64,000 bases of DNA, from the NCBI GenBank assembly GCA_023920165.1, contig CP089276.1, positions 2,294,001 through 2,358,000 of the forward strand, read 5' to 3'. The notes beneath the pieces are model-generated. The model was not told where the DNA came from. It saw nothing but the letters and a program-made list of their open reading frames with translations, and searched no databases. Origin of the DNA: Curvularia clavata. Lineage: Eukaryota. Both the position numbers and the translations under genes were made by a program. Below, piece after piece: positions 10,260-22,650 of this stretch (position 1 is the first letter of the stretch; every line of letters starts with the position of its first letter).

Positions 10260-13200
10260 ATGGCGGATCCGAAGAATGACGGAGGTGAGGCTCCGTCCTC
10301 GACGACGACTGGGGACCAGTCCAATGCACCATCGCCGCGCAACGAAGAGGACGCGCCAAACGATCAACGCCTTCAACCGGGCGCTGCAACAGAAGCTGCG
10401 CCTTCAAAATCCACCAGCAGGGCTTCTTCCACCCGGAACTCGACGCCCGCTGCCTCTCTCGAGGTGCGGCAACCTGCACCGGACGCTAACGACGCGTCTG
10501 CTGCCATGGACGACGTGCGGCAGTCACTGGAACCAGCCAATGTTGCACCAACCAAAGCAAAATCATCATCCAAAGAGCCCGAGCAGAATGGCGAGGCGCC
10601 CTCGTCTTATGGCACGCGCTCGCGAGGCCGCCCAGGCCGGTCGCGACCAAATTACGCAGAGGACGCCGAAATGGATTTCGAAGTTCCCGCTGCATCTGCG
10701 AATGGCAACGTGTCTGACCCGCCGTCGCGTAGTTCCGTGGCTCCCGACAGCAGTCATGCTTCGAGTGTGAGTGGGAAGAAAGGCTCCAGCTCTGCCCAAG
10801 GTAATGCGTCGTGGGGTAATTCCACCTCCAACACCAAGGACACCGCGGCGAATCTGACTGTTCCCGGCACATCAGCCACCGCTGCATCGGCTCAATCCAG
10901 CGCCTCGCAGCCTCAGCCCCCAACAAAACGGCGCAAAAACGCTGCTGCCAATGCCGCAAATGGTAGTCACCAAAGTGGCCCGGCGCCAAGCCAAGCAGGG
11001 GCAAAGCGCGGCGGCCAGGCCAGCAACGCCTTGGTAGCCGCCAACAGCGCGCGAGAGTCCAACATGATGACTTTTGAAAATACAGGCGCTATCCTCAAAG
11101 ACGGTCACCTGGAAGCAGACGATGGCCAGACCGTGTCCGTTAATGGTAAGTCGTGTCTTGCTGGGGCTGCAGCTGACGGTCGCTCCGACACGCCAGCCAC
11201 GTCCTGCGGCTTGAGCAATGCATTCTAATTGGGTGTTCCAGATCAAGTGTACCTTGTGTGCGAGCCGCCAGGCGAGCCCTATTATCTCTGCCGAGTTATG
11301 GAATTCATCCACGTCGACAACGACCCCAAGAAGAAGGTTGAGTCTCTGCGCGTCAATTGGTTTTATCGCCCACGGGATGTGCAGCGTTACAACAATGACA
11401 CCCGTCTGGTCTATGCGACAATGCACTCGGACCTCTGCCCCCTCGCATCCCTGAGAGGAAAATGCCAGATCTTGCATCGAAGCGAGATTGGCGACCTAGA
11501 CGAGTATCGCAAGACCAAAGACAGTTTCTGGTTCAATCAGGTCTTTGATCGTTTCATTCATCGCTGGTACGACGTCATCCCCGTGTCGTCAGTCATCAAC
11601 GTCCCCGACAAGGTCAAGAAGGCGCTTGATGAGCGATGGAAATATATTTGTCTCGAGACGAGTCGCGTCAAAGAGCTGACCAGCGCTGTCAAGAGCTGCA
11701 AGCGCTGCGTTGGGTATTGTGCAGCGTAAGTCTAGATTCCAATGGAACACGTGATGACGCTAACTGGATTAGGAATGACTCGGTGGAATGCGCAGTGTGC
11801 CATAACACATATCACATGAACTGTGTTCGCCCTCCGTTACTAAAGAAGCCATCTCGAGGTTTTGCTTGGGCCTGTGGGCCGTGTAGTAGGGCTCAAGAGA
11901 AGAAACTCGAGGCTCGCTTGGGCACCACTAACGAGGATGCTGAGGAAGAAGAGATAATAGACGAGGAAGAGGAGGAAGCTGGCGCCGACACAAATGCGCC
12001 AACTCCAGATCCCGATTCACAAATCGACACCCACCCCGCGACGCAGGCGGAGATTGCTCTTGCTAAGATGTGGCCTATGCGGTATCTCGGCATCCACTGC
12101 CGGGTGGAGGACGCACTGCAGTACGACGACCGAGCGATCTACCCGCGCGCTAGTTCGCGACTAGGCCCACGACACCAAGCAAACGTCAATGTTTGGCACG
12201 GGCATCCTGTCGAATTCGTCAAGCCCGCAGAGATCAAGAAGAGATATGTCAAGGCAGCAGGCAACAAGAAAGAAGGCAAGCTTTCGAAAGAGACCGTCGC
12301 TGCAATCGAAGCCGACAAGGCGGAGAAGGCCAAGCGTCCAAAGTGGGTGATGGATGAGCCTCCTGGCTACGTCCGCCGTGGTGAAGATCTCCCAAACAAG
12401 GACTCCAAGTGCACTGCCGAGCTCATGTTCAAGATGCCACCTTTAGGGGTACATTCTACAAGAGGAGAAGACAATGCACCGACAGTCACTGAAGAGCAGG
12501 TCAAGGCGTACATGGATCGGGCGAAGGCCTTGGCCAAGTCGCACGTTGGAGTGGAACCGTACAACACGAACTTCCTGGACAAGTGCTTGGCCCTTTTCAC
12601 CAAGCACCAATACGACGCTGATGTTGCCTTGAAGCACGTCAAGAAAATTGACAAGCGGAAAGATTTGAAGGAACCCGAATTGACCAAGGAGGAAGAGAAG
12701 AAGTGGAACGAAGGCGTCGCAAAATATGGTTCGGAGATCAGACTCGTCCGCCAGCACACGAGCAAGACAATGTTCTACGGAGATGCCGTGCGTTACTACT
12801 ACATGTGGAAAAAGACACCCAAAGGCAGGGAGATCTGGGGTTCTTACAGCAGTCGCAAAGGCCGGACAAAGAAGGTCGAACCTGATGCACAAGCTCGACT
12901 CGTGGACGATGTTGCGGATGACCAAGACGATTCGGCATTTGACAGCGCCAAGGCCATTCAACGCAAGCGTGTTTTCCAATGCAAGTTCTGCGCAGTCCGA
13001 CACTCTCGACAATGGAGAAGGGCTCCAGGCGTAACTCCTGGCCAGATGGTACCGCCTGATGGCCGCTCCAAGGACAAGACTGGGTATCTCATAGCCCTTT
13101 GTCTGCGTTGCGCAAATTTGTGGCGCAAATATGCGGTGACTTGGGAAAACGTTGATGAGATTGCCAAAAAGGTTGCGCAAGGTGGAGGCAAGGCTTGGAA

Positions 13201-15565
13201 GAGGCGAATCGACGAAGAGCTCTTGCGCGAGGTCTATGCCGCACAGTCAGACCCCAGCTCGAAGAACGGCACTCCGGAGTATGCTGAACTCCCAGCCGCC
13301 ACAGCCCAGCCGCCTGCGGAGCCACCGAAAAAGAAACAGAAAACTGCAGCGATTGCAAACGGAGATAGCGGGACGTCGACCCCAGTCAATGAGCCTGCTC
13401 CGAAGAAGGAAAAGAAGGAAAAGCCTCCTCCAGTCGTCAAAGCACCAACTCCCCCTCCAGTACCATCACCTCCAAAGTATCGAGCTTTGCCCTGCGCTGT
13501 GTGTCGATCGGCAGAAGGCACACGTCTGGAATGTGCAGCTTGTAGAATGACCGTTCACAAAGCCTGCTATGGTGTTGAAGAGACAAGACAAGCTAACAAG
13601 TGGTACTGCGATCCATGCAAGAACGACAAGAAGGAGAGCGTCTCATACGTAAGTCACATTCTCATAACACCAAAGTTTCTACTAACATACATTTAGACCT
13701 ACGAATGTGTTCTATGTCCGCAAAAGGATACCGAGCAGGACTTTTATGAGCAACCGAAAGTCACGCACAAGAAGAAGACGGACCGTGACCGGGAAAAGGA
13801 ACGGCTGGAGAAGGAGCTTGTCGACAAGGCCAAAGAAGAATATCGCCTTCGCCAACTTGAGAAAGGCCGACCCCTGGTTCCTCGTGAGCCACTCAAACGC
13901 ACTGCTGACAACAACTGGGTCCACGTGTGCTGTGCTCTTTGGCACCCTGAAATCAAGTTCAGCAACGCGGCTCGTCTCGACATGGTAGAGGGTATCGGTG
14001 CTCCAACACTTCGATACGACGCAGTCTGCAAGCTGTGCAAAACGACCAAAGGCGCATGTACGTCCTGCCTGCAGTGCCACGCGACATTCCACGTTGGCTG
14101 TGCTCATAACCATGGTTATACACTCGGTTTCGACATGACCCCTGTCAAGGTCTCTCGCAGGGATGCAGTGCCCACGGTCACTATGAATGGAGAAACAGGT
14201 ACTTTGCTTGCGGCAATCTGGTGCAAGGAGCACACGCCTAAGACAATTGTTCATCCTATGAACGAGGAGGTGGAAGGAACAGATCTGATTGCTCTACAAC
14301 TGTTCGCCCGCGAGTTCAAGCAAGCTGATCTCACCCTGACGGGTACCGCACGCAAGGCCAATCTGGTCGACCAGTCGACGCGCGTTGCGCCGCAGGCCGC
14401 GCCGGCAACAGTTAACCGTAGGGCATCTACAGTGACTGCCCCTACGCCCACTTCTGCACGAGGAAGACAGTCAAATGCAGGTATACCAGTCAAGGAAGAG
14501 TCAAGCGAGCCACCAGCGTACAAGTCTGAACGCAAGTGTATACGCTGTAAGATTGAAGCTAGTCCGCGATGGTGGAGGTTCGACGGAGAAGTGGCACCTC
14601 CACAAATTCCTCGGGTTGTGGACGGGCCATTGGAAGTGAAGGGAGCCGTAGACCTGAGCGGCCACATGGAGAGGAAGCCTCTTGTCGAGGAAGGCAAGAT
14701 AGTCAATGGCAACAGTAGCGAGGATCAGCCAATGTCGGACGCGCCAGCTGTTGCTTCGCCTGCCCACAAGAACATTCGCTTGGACACTAGCAGACTAGTT
14801 ACGCTGCCTGGTGCGTATCTGTGCCAAAAATGCCACTGGAAGAAGAAGAACGGGACGGACGACGAGGAAGAGGAGCGAGCCAGGTCCGTGTCCATCTTCA
14901 AAGAACCACCACAGCAGTACCCTCTTCCGGCAGCACAGATTCCGCAGTATGCACCGCCTCCGCCTGCGCTGGCTGGTCCATGGGCATTGCCCAGCGGTCC
15001 ACCAAATCAACCGCCTCCGTTGCCGTCGTGGCATAGTGGTGTACCGCCAGGGCCTAGCCACGCTCCCCACCACCTCCCGAACGGAACTGGTTACGTACCA
15101 CCGCCATTGCCAGCGCCTCCCGTAGGGCATAATGCTCCGTACCATGCACCGTACCCTCCTCAGCCAAATGGATATGCGGCATTTTCGGGGGCACCGATGC
15201 ACTCGGCGATTGTTGCCGCAGGCCTCCGGCCGCCGTATTCTGGACCGCCCATCAGTGGCCCTCCGCAGCTACATCACAACAACGGCGGTATGCTGGTGAA
15301 TGGGGCTCTGCAATCACCAAGGACGATACCCTATTCTCCTACTCATCATCAAGCACATCCGGCGTCACGTGAAAGTCCATTCATTGCCCCTCCGCCTCCT
15401 ACGGTAGCCCAGTATCCGGGTCTCCACGGCAGTTCTGCAGCTGGCAGACCAGCGACGCCTATGGACACGGTGATGCGAGATGCGCCAGTGGTTAGCTCTG
15501 CGCCAACTGAGCGCGCCAGCACCGGAGCAAGTGCAAGTCCATCGCTTCGCAACTTGCTACATTAG
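10260..15565 (+). CDS. SNT2: Snt2-like chromatin protein (BAH, PHD, ELM2/SANT, further PHD/ePHD fingers)
   Basis: Introns 11146-11241, 11726-11772 and 13649-13696. BAH (VYLVCEPPGEPYYLCR..VNWFYRPRD), PHD (CAVCHNTYHMNCVRPPL), YPRASSRLGPRHQA, SANT-like VRYYYMWKKT and ePHD NWVHVCCALW. Confidence 0.92.
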
Positions 15566-16360
15566 ATTTTTGCTTAGTCACTATTTCATGTACCGGTAAC
15601 CTATTTGTGTTTTCCTTTTCGTTTCTTCATGTCATTGTTACTTCAGCATGGGGCCGGAGTCGATGCCTTTGGGCATTTTTTAGCATGGAGTCGAATCGAC
15701 TGAACCGCACAGCGGCATTGCGAAACGGGATGGGGAATTGGACTGCGACAAGGCGGGGGTCTGGACAGAAGCATGTGGAGGGGTCATTGTTGGGTCTGTG
15801 ACTTTTAGGCGTTTGGTGGCATTATACCACAACGTTTACTGCATGTTTGTCTTTCTTTGTTTTGCGTCTGGTTCATGGGGGGGGGGATCGGCATGGCGGC
15901 CTATATGATTTACAGTTAGACGGCCAAGGACGGCCAATAAGTTGGGTTGGGCGTGCTCAATCGGCGCGCCAAAGCAAGCATGATTGAATATTGAATTGTT
16001 CGGCCTTGATGTGGTTGCATGGATGCGTCTTATTCGAACCATTGCTGCCACAGCCACAGTGCAATAAGGGACTTACGAGGCTGATATCAGCAGCAAGATG
16101 AGCTGACGTAGGCCACATACAATCATGTGGGCGGCAAGGCTTCCGGGGCTAGCGGCGTGGTACCAGCTCCAGCCTTGTAAGGAGGGTGCGAGGGCACGGG
16201 GCGCCGACCCACGCCAAAGTATCCACGCGTCCCTTGCATGTCCTCATCACCCCGACCTCCCCCAACCTCGAACCCACTCACCAGCCACATTACCACTGTC
16301 CCGCGGCCTTTTTCTTTTTCTCTCATTACCAATTCGAATCTTTTTTTCCCGAGTCATATC

Positions 16361-16381
16361 CTCTCTCTCTCTCTCTCTCTC
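16361..16381. repeat. (CT)10 microsatellite
   Basis: Direct read; lies in the pyrimidine-rich region upstream of the RCR-like gene. Confidence 0.9.
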
Positions 16382-16907
16382 CTTGCTTCCATCTCTTCAT
16401 CCTTCTCTCCTGAACACTTGTCGTCGTCAGCAACGACCCCCTGCGTCCCTCGCCCCCAACTCCAAAGTAAGGTGTTTGGCTGGCTGCTTGCCGCACACCT
16501 GAAACCAACCACCACCAACGCCACACACGAGTGAAACAGGACTCGTTGCCAAACCTTCGGCCCCCATACACGCGACCAGGCAAGAGGCAACACATTGCAT
16601 CCGGCTTCTCGGTCGACCGAGGGAGAGCGCCAACTAGGAACGAGTGGCGCAGCAAGCTTTGGTGCGTCTGCTACCCGCCGGGCTTGCATATTAGCTGTTG
16701 GACTGCGGCACAGAAGTAGTGCTCTGTACACTACTTGCAATCCTTTCCCCGCCCCGCGCGCTTTGCACTTTTCGACGCTCGCTCGAGATTTTGTCTTGTG
16801 AATTTTCATTCTTCATTCTGTCGTTGTCGATATTCTTGTTGTTCGAATTACACGCATCCACGTAAAAAAGAGGTGGACACAGAGGAAGAGACACATTTTC
16901 AGTAGCC

Positions 16908-17657
16908 ATGGCTTTGTCAAAGAGGTATTACTGCGTCGAGACGATAGATGGAGACACAGAGTGCTTTGCCGAGAATGGGTTCTGGTACACAGAGGTACGT
17001 TTTCTTTTGATAGACGAGGGATTTGCAAACAACTAACGGTTTGAACAGAAAGGCATCATTATCAAATGGGTCATTTTTGCCCTCTTCTTCTTCATATTCT
17101 TCGGCTGGTTCGTGGGCGGCCGCATCCACGCAAAGAGGCGGTTACGCAAGGGGCTTCCGCTGCTATCCTACCATCGCGTACGTTGCTCACTTGACCACTT
17201 CTCGTTCGCATCACACACCTAACACGCATGCCTCCAGTTCCTCATCTCCTACGCCGAACGCCGGCGCTTCGGCCAAGTGCCCCAGAACCACTTCACATTC
17301 TACCAGACACAGAACCCTTACACGGCACCCAACGGCCAGCAATACGCACAGCGCCAGGACGGCGCGTGGACAGAACCCCCGCCTGTTTACCACAACTCGG
17401 ATGCTCCGCCCCAGTACTTCGCGCCGCCGGCTCCGTCCAAGCTGAACCCCAACCAGCAAGGGCCCGTGTACGCCATGGAAATGGGCCAGTACGGGGGTCC
17501 CGCACCACCGCCACCAGCGCAAACGGGCCCGCAGCAAAGCGGCGTCGTGGGCGGATCCGATGCACAGCAACCACAGAGTCAAGAGACACCGCAGCAATTG
17601 CCGCCTCGGCCGGCACAAGCCAAGATTATGGGTATGCTGGGTCGATTCAGACGGTAG
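16908..17657 (+). CDS. RCR-family (resistance to Congo red) single-pass membrane protein with PPxY motifs, probable Rsp5 adaptor
   Basis: Introns 16995-17048 and 17178-17237. Spliced protein MALSKRYYC..FWYTEKGIIIKWVIFALFFFIFFGWFVGGRIHAKRRLRKGLPLLSYHRFL..EPPPVY..APPQY. One TM helix, a basic stop-transfer segment and PY motifs. Confidence 0.8.
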
Positions 17658-17987
17658 ATGTGGTGTGTAATCGTAACCAAAAAGGGGAAAAAAGAAAAAA
17701 CAGGACAGTGTGACTGGATCATGCATAGGTACTCCCATCTGCCTATTTCTCCATTTTTTTGTATAATAAAAACGTAATGGCGCGGGGAAAGGGCGTATTG
17801 TCCAACTGATTGTATATTTATTCAACGCATGGCACACACACACAGCATTCTTAAGGAAGAAGAGGTATAACGGCATTTAGTTTATTCATTTGCTCTCTGG
17901 CAGTGAAATAAAGATTCGTAAAATTCGTAAGAAACATGTACATGTATGGCGCATGGTATATGCCTGTAAAGGATCCAGTGAAGAAAA

Positions 17988-18770
17988 TCAGTCAATATCC
18001 ATGGCATCTCCATCTTCTGCTGCCTGGACTGGGGGTATATTACTGTGCATGGTACTAAGCGGTGTTGGCGTTGATGGTGAAGTCGAACTAGTAGTCCTCT
18101 TGGCAAAAACACTCGCAGGCTCCGTAACGGGATTCACCTGCCTATCTCGTATCCGCTGCCTCGTCTCGACAATGGCCTTGCGCACGTTATCCTGTGCCTC
18201 GGGGACAGTCAGACTAGTCGGTACGTTGTACAGCACCATCTGGTTATGCTGGGTCGGCGTAGGCTCCGGGCCGCGCAAGATGTGTGTGGGTATCTTGGAC
18301 AGATGCTTTTCTATGTCGGAGAGGAAAATAGGGTTCTCTTCGTCCGACTCAATGTCACTGAGCTCGGCGCTCAGATCGGAAATGTAGACGCGGTGCGGTG
18401 TGTCCTCTACCTCCATGGAGTCGTCTTGGGCTCGCGGCTTGCGGTCGCGTTTGGGGCGGGATGAGGAGGAGAAGGCGAGAGGGTCCGCGCCAGCGACAGC
18501 ATGCTGGGTGGGTGATGATAAGATGGGAGAGCCGTTTGCGGCTTGAGAAGAGCCTGGGACGGGAATGTAGAGGCACGTGCCATTGTTGTCGACTGTGAAG
18601 ATGCCGTCAGTACTATGTTGCGCTACGGTACAGGAACAAGGCGACGTACCCAGATTCAGCAGGTCGAAGCGCTTGCTCAGCCGCTGCTCGTTCTCCAGCG
18701 AGCCGTCGGCAGGCCTCTTTCTGCCATGGGGCGCATTCTGGTGGCTACTGTGCGCTACGACTTGCGCCAT
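17988..18770 (-). CDS. Conserved fungal hypothetical protein
   Basis: 260-aa ORF with a likely in-frame intron 18649-18593 (GTACGT..ACTGAC..CAG). Motif-like blocks RKRPA..EQRLSKRFDLLNL, HRVYISDLSAELSDIESDEE and MVLYNVPTSLTVPEAQDNVRKAIVETRQR. Confidence 0.75.
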   Translation of the reverse strand: MAQVVAHSSHQNAPHGRKRPADGSLENEQRLSKRFDLLNLGTSPCSCTVAQHSTDGIFTVDNNGTCLYIPVPGSSQAANGSPILSSPTQHAVAGADPLAFSSSSRPKRDRKPRAQDDSMEVEDTPHRVYISDLSAELSDIESDEENPIFLSDIEKHLSKIPTHILRGPEPTPTQHNQMVLYNVPTSLTVPEAQDNVRKAIVETRQRIRDRQVNPVTEPASVFAKRTTSSTSPSTPTPLSTMHSNIPPVQAAEDGDAMDID

Positions 18771-19083
18771 GCATGCATCGCAACCTCTATGTGCTTTCGA
18801 TTCGGAGCTCGCAGAGGAGAAATGGATGGCGGCAGGAAATGGAAGTCAGGGCCGAAAACAAGCGGTGGTGGTGAGATGTAAGTATGGAGTCGTGATCCTG
18901 GGCTGGTCTGGTCAGGGTCGTTGATATAACCGCACTTGGCGCACGGCACCTGCGTGAAGCTTCGAGAACAGAGGGCAAGCGCAGCCCCGCACTCGGCTAC
19001 TCTCTGCCTGCAGCTCGGCGCCCGTCCGCCGCCGCCGCCGCCGCCCACGCCGCCCACCCACGCACCCACAGTTTGGCAAGTGA

Positions 19084-19589
19084 ATGCTGCCTCGAACGAT
19101 AGCGGCCGCCCCTCTGACTCACCCACGGGCCAGAGTCTCCCATCGAGGCCGACTGCTGCTCTCCTCCCTGTCGTCCTTCTCCCGCACCCCCTACCCCCTC
19201 TCCCTCGTCGCCCCGCTCACCACTGCGCACCCCGCCACCATGTCGCTCGCCAACGAGAAGCACGAATGGGGCGCCGTCCGCGTGCGCCAGACATTCCTCG
19301 ACTACTTCAAGGAGCGCGGCCACACGTTCGGTAGGTTCTGCCGCTCCAATGCCCCCGTCCACGCCCATTGACCTTGCCCGCCCCAGTCCCTTCGTCGTCG
19401 GTCGTGCCCCTCTCCGACCCCACCCTGCTCTTCACCAATGCTGGCATGAACCAGTACAAGGCCATTTTCCAAGGCACCATCGACCCCTCGTCCGACTTTG
19501 CCCAGCTCAAGCGCGCCGCAAACTCGCAAAAGTGCATTCGCGCCGGCGGCAAGCACAACGACCTCGACGATGTCGGCAAGGACAGCTAC

Positions 19590-19620
<31 letters not shown>

Positions 19621-22258
19621 GGAGCTTCGGCGACTATTTCAAGAAGGAGGCCATTGGCTTCACCTGGGAGCTGCTCACAAAAGTCTACGGCATCGACCCC
19701 AAGCGCCTCTATGTCACCTACTTTGAGGGCACTGCGGACCTCGAGCCCGATCTCGAGGCCAAGGACCTCTGGCTCAAGGCCGGTGTCCCCGAGGACCACA
19801 TCTTGCCAGGAGATATGAAGGACAACTTCTGGGAGATGGGCGACCAGGGCCCATGCGGACCTTGCTCAGAGGTGCACTATGACCTGAGAGAGCCTGAGAA
19901 CGGCCAGTACAGGAATGCGGCTTCGCTCGTCAACATGGACGACCCAGAGGTCATTGAGATCTGGAACAACGTCTTCATGCAGTACAACCGCGAACCCGAC
20001 CGATCGCTGCGGCCGCTGCCCAACAAGCACATTGATACCGGTATGGGATACGAGCGACTTGTCTCGGTGCTGCAACATAAAAAATCAAATTACGACACTG
20101 ATGTCTTTACCCCGCTGTTCCAAAGGATACAGGAGATTACTGGAGCGCGGGAATACAGGGGCAAGTTTGGTGATGAGGATCCGGATGGTATCGATACCGC
20201 CTACCGAGTCGTCGCTGACCACGTCCGAATGATGAGCTTCGCCATTGCCGACGGAGGTGTCCCGAACAATGTTGGCCGAGGCTACGTCGTACGTCGCGTG
20301 CTGCGAAGAGGCGCCCGTTATGCGCGCAAATACTTTGCCTGCGAGATTGGCGACTTCTTCTCAAAGATTGTCCCTACACTGGTCGATCAGATGGGCGACA
20401 TGTTCCCCGAAATCAGGAAGAAGCAGCAGGACATCATCGAGATCCTGGACGAGGAGGAGAAGGCTTTCGCCAAGTCGCTGGATCGTGGCGAAGTCATTTT
20501 TGAAAAGTATGCGCAAAAGGCAAAGACAAAGGGATCAGATGAGCTGCCAGGTGACGACGTTTGGCGGTTATACGATACCTACGGTTTCCCTGTCGATCTG
20601 ACTAAGCTCATGGCCGAGGAGCGGGGCTTGAAGATCAAGGACGAGGAAGTCGAGGCGGCGCAGGAAAAGGCTCGCGAAGCCAGCAAGGGCGACAAGAAGG
20701 CCGCTGGCCTCCTTGTCAAGCTTGACGTGCACGATCTCGGCGCGCTCGAAAACATGCCAGAGGTTCCCAAGACGGACGATTCCCCCAAGTACGGCCGCGA
20801 AAACATTACGGCTGTCATCAAGGCCATATATCACAACAAGAAGTTCCTCAAGAGCACGGCCGAGGTTCCAGCCGGCGAGCAATTCGGTGTCCTGCTCGAC
20901 CGTACAAACTTCTACGCCGAGCAGGGTGGTCAGGAGTACGATACCGGAAAGCTGTTGGTTGATGGAGAGGCTGAGATTAGCATCGAGAATGTACAGGTAT
21001 ACGCCGGTTATGTGCTACATACCGGTTACATCAAGTACGGAGAGCTGAGTGTAGGCAGCGAGGTCATTGCCGAGTTCGACGAGCTACGGAGACATCCTAT
21101 CCGCAACAACCACACCGGCACACACGTCCTCAACTACGCCCTTCGCGAGGTCCTCGGTAACGAAGTCGACCAAAAGGGATCGCTCGTTGCACCAGAGAAG
21201 CTACGTTTTGACTTTTCACACAAGGCTGGACTGTCAGATGCGGAGCTTGACAAGGTGGAGAGCATCTCGTCCAAGTACATCAAGGATGATGCCCAGGTAT
21301 ACGCCATGGACGTACCACTTGCGTCTGCCAAAGAAATCCGAGGTGTACGTGCCGTCTTCGGTGAGACCTACCCTGACCCAGTCCGTGTCGTCTCGGTCGG
21401 TGTGCCTGTAGAAGAGCTCCTCAAAGATGTCAAGAACGAAAAGTGGGAGAAGGTTTCAGTCGAGTTCTGCGGTGGTACCCACGTGCTCAAGACGGGCGAA
21501 ATCAAGGAACTTGTCATCCTCGAGGAATCCGGTATCGCCAAGGGCATCCGCCGTATCGTCGCAGTCACGGGCCAAGACGCATACGATGTCCAACGCATCG
21601 CCGCTGAGTTCCAACAGCGTGTGGAGAGCATGGGCAAGATGCCCTTTGGACCTCAAAAGGAAGCAGAGGCAAAGAAGATTGGCGTCGAGCTCAACAACCT
21701 CACCATCTCCGCCCTGGCAAAGAGCAAGCTCCGCGAGCAGTTCGCCAAGATCCAGAAGAGCATTCTGGACGAGCAAAAGGCTGCTGCTAAAGCAGACAAC
21801 AAGCGCGTTCTCGACGAGGTGACCAAGTTCTTTGAGGATAAGAACAACAAGTTTATGGTCAAGAAGCTCGACTGGTCGAGCAACGTCAACAAGGCTATCA
21901 GCGAGGCTATCAAGACTGTGTCTGGCCCGAAGAGCGCCTTGAAAGATCGCTCGCTCTATCTCTTTTCTGCGTCGCCCGAGGAGGGTAAGGTTGTGCATGG
22001 ATGTTATGTTAGTGAGGTAAGTCATTGTTCCCTCCTATACAAAAAAGAGTACAAGATGCTAACATGATTGAAAAACAGCCTTTCAAAAACGCAGGCGCAG
22101 ACGGCCCCAAGTGGGCATCCGCCGTCACACCTATTATCGGTGGTAAGGCCGGTGGCAAGCCTGGTGCCCAGACTGCGATTGGTCAAGGTACAAATGCGGA
22201 TAAGGTCGATGAGGGCGTCGAGGAGGCGAGGAAGTGGATTGAGGGATTCAAGATTTAG
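19084..22258 (+). CDS. ALA1: Alanyl-tRNA synthetase (cytosolic start 19240; putative mitochondrial start 19084)
   Basis: Introns 19331-19386 and 22017-22078. Motifs [50 protein letters not shown], editing NHTGTH and EFCGGTH, C-terminal GGKAGGK. Confidence 0.97.
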
Positions 22259-22650
22259 GTTGTTTTTGTTGGAAGAGAGAAAAGGATGAATACCATATAG
22301 ACAGTTGATTGAATGGACGCATAGTCTGATCGTGAAGTGTACTGTACTGACAGCGTGGTGTGATATGTGTCTAAGAGGCACAACGAGTGCATCTTATGGC
22401 GAGACAAAAAGGGACAAGCAGTGTGGTATTCCTGTTAGTAGTCTGACAAAAACAAGGTTTGGGTGGGTGTGTTTCCTTCTCCCTCTGACGATTTCTATAC
22501 CGGACAGCACATGGAATTTAGCCACAAGCTACAAGGCCGTTCTTATCCACACCAAAGTAACATGTATAAACAGCGAAAGGACGCAATACACTTCAAATTC
22601 ATTCTACAACACTAAACACAAAACACCTCCGACAAGTCTTCCTAACTTCC

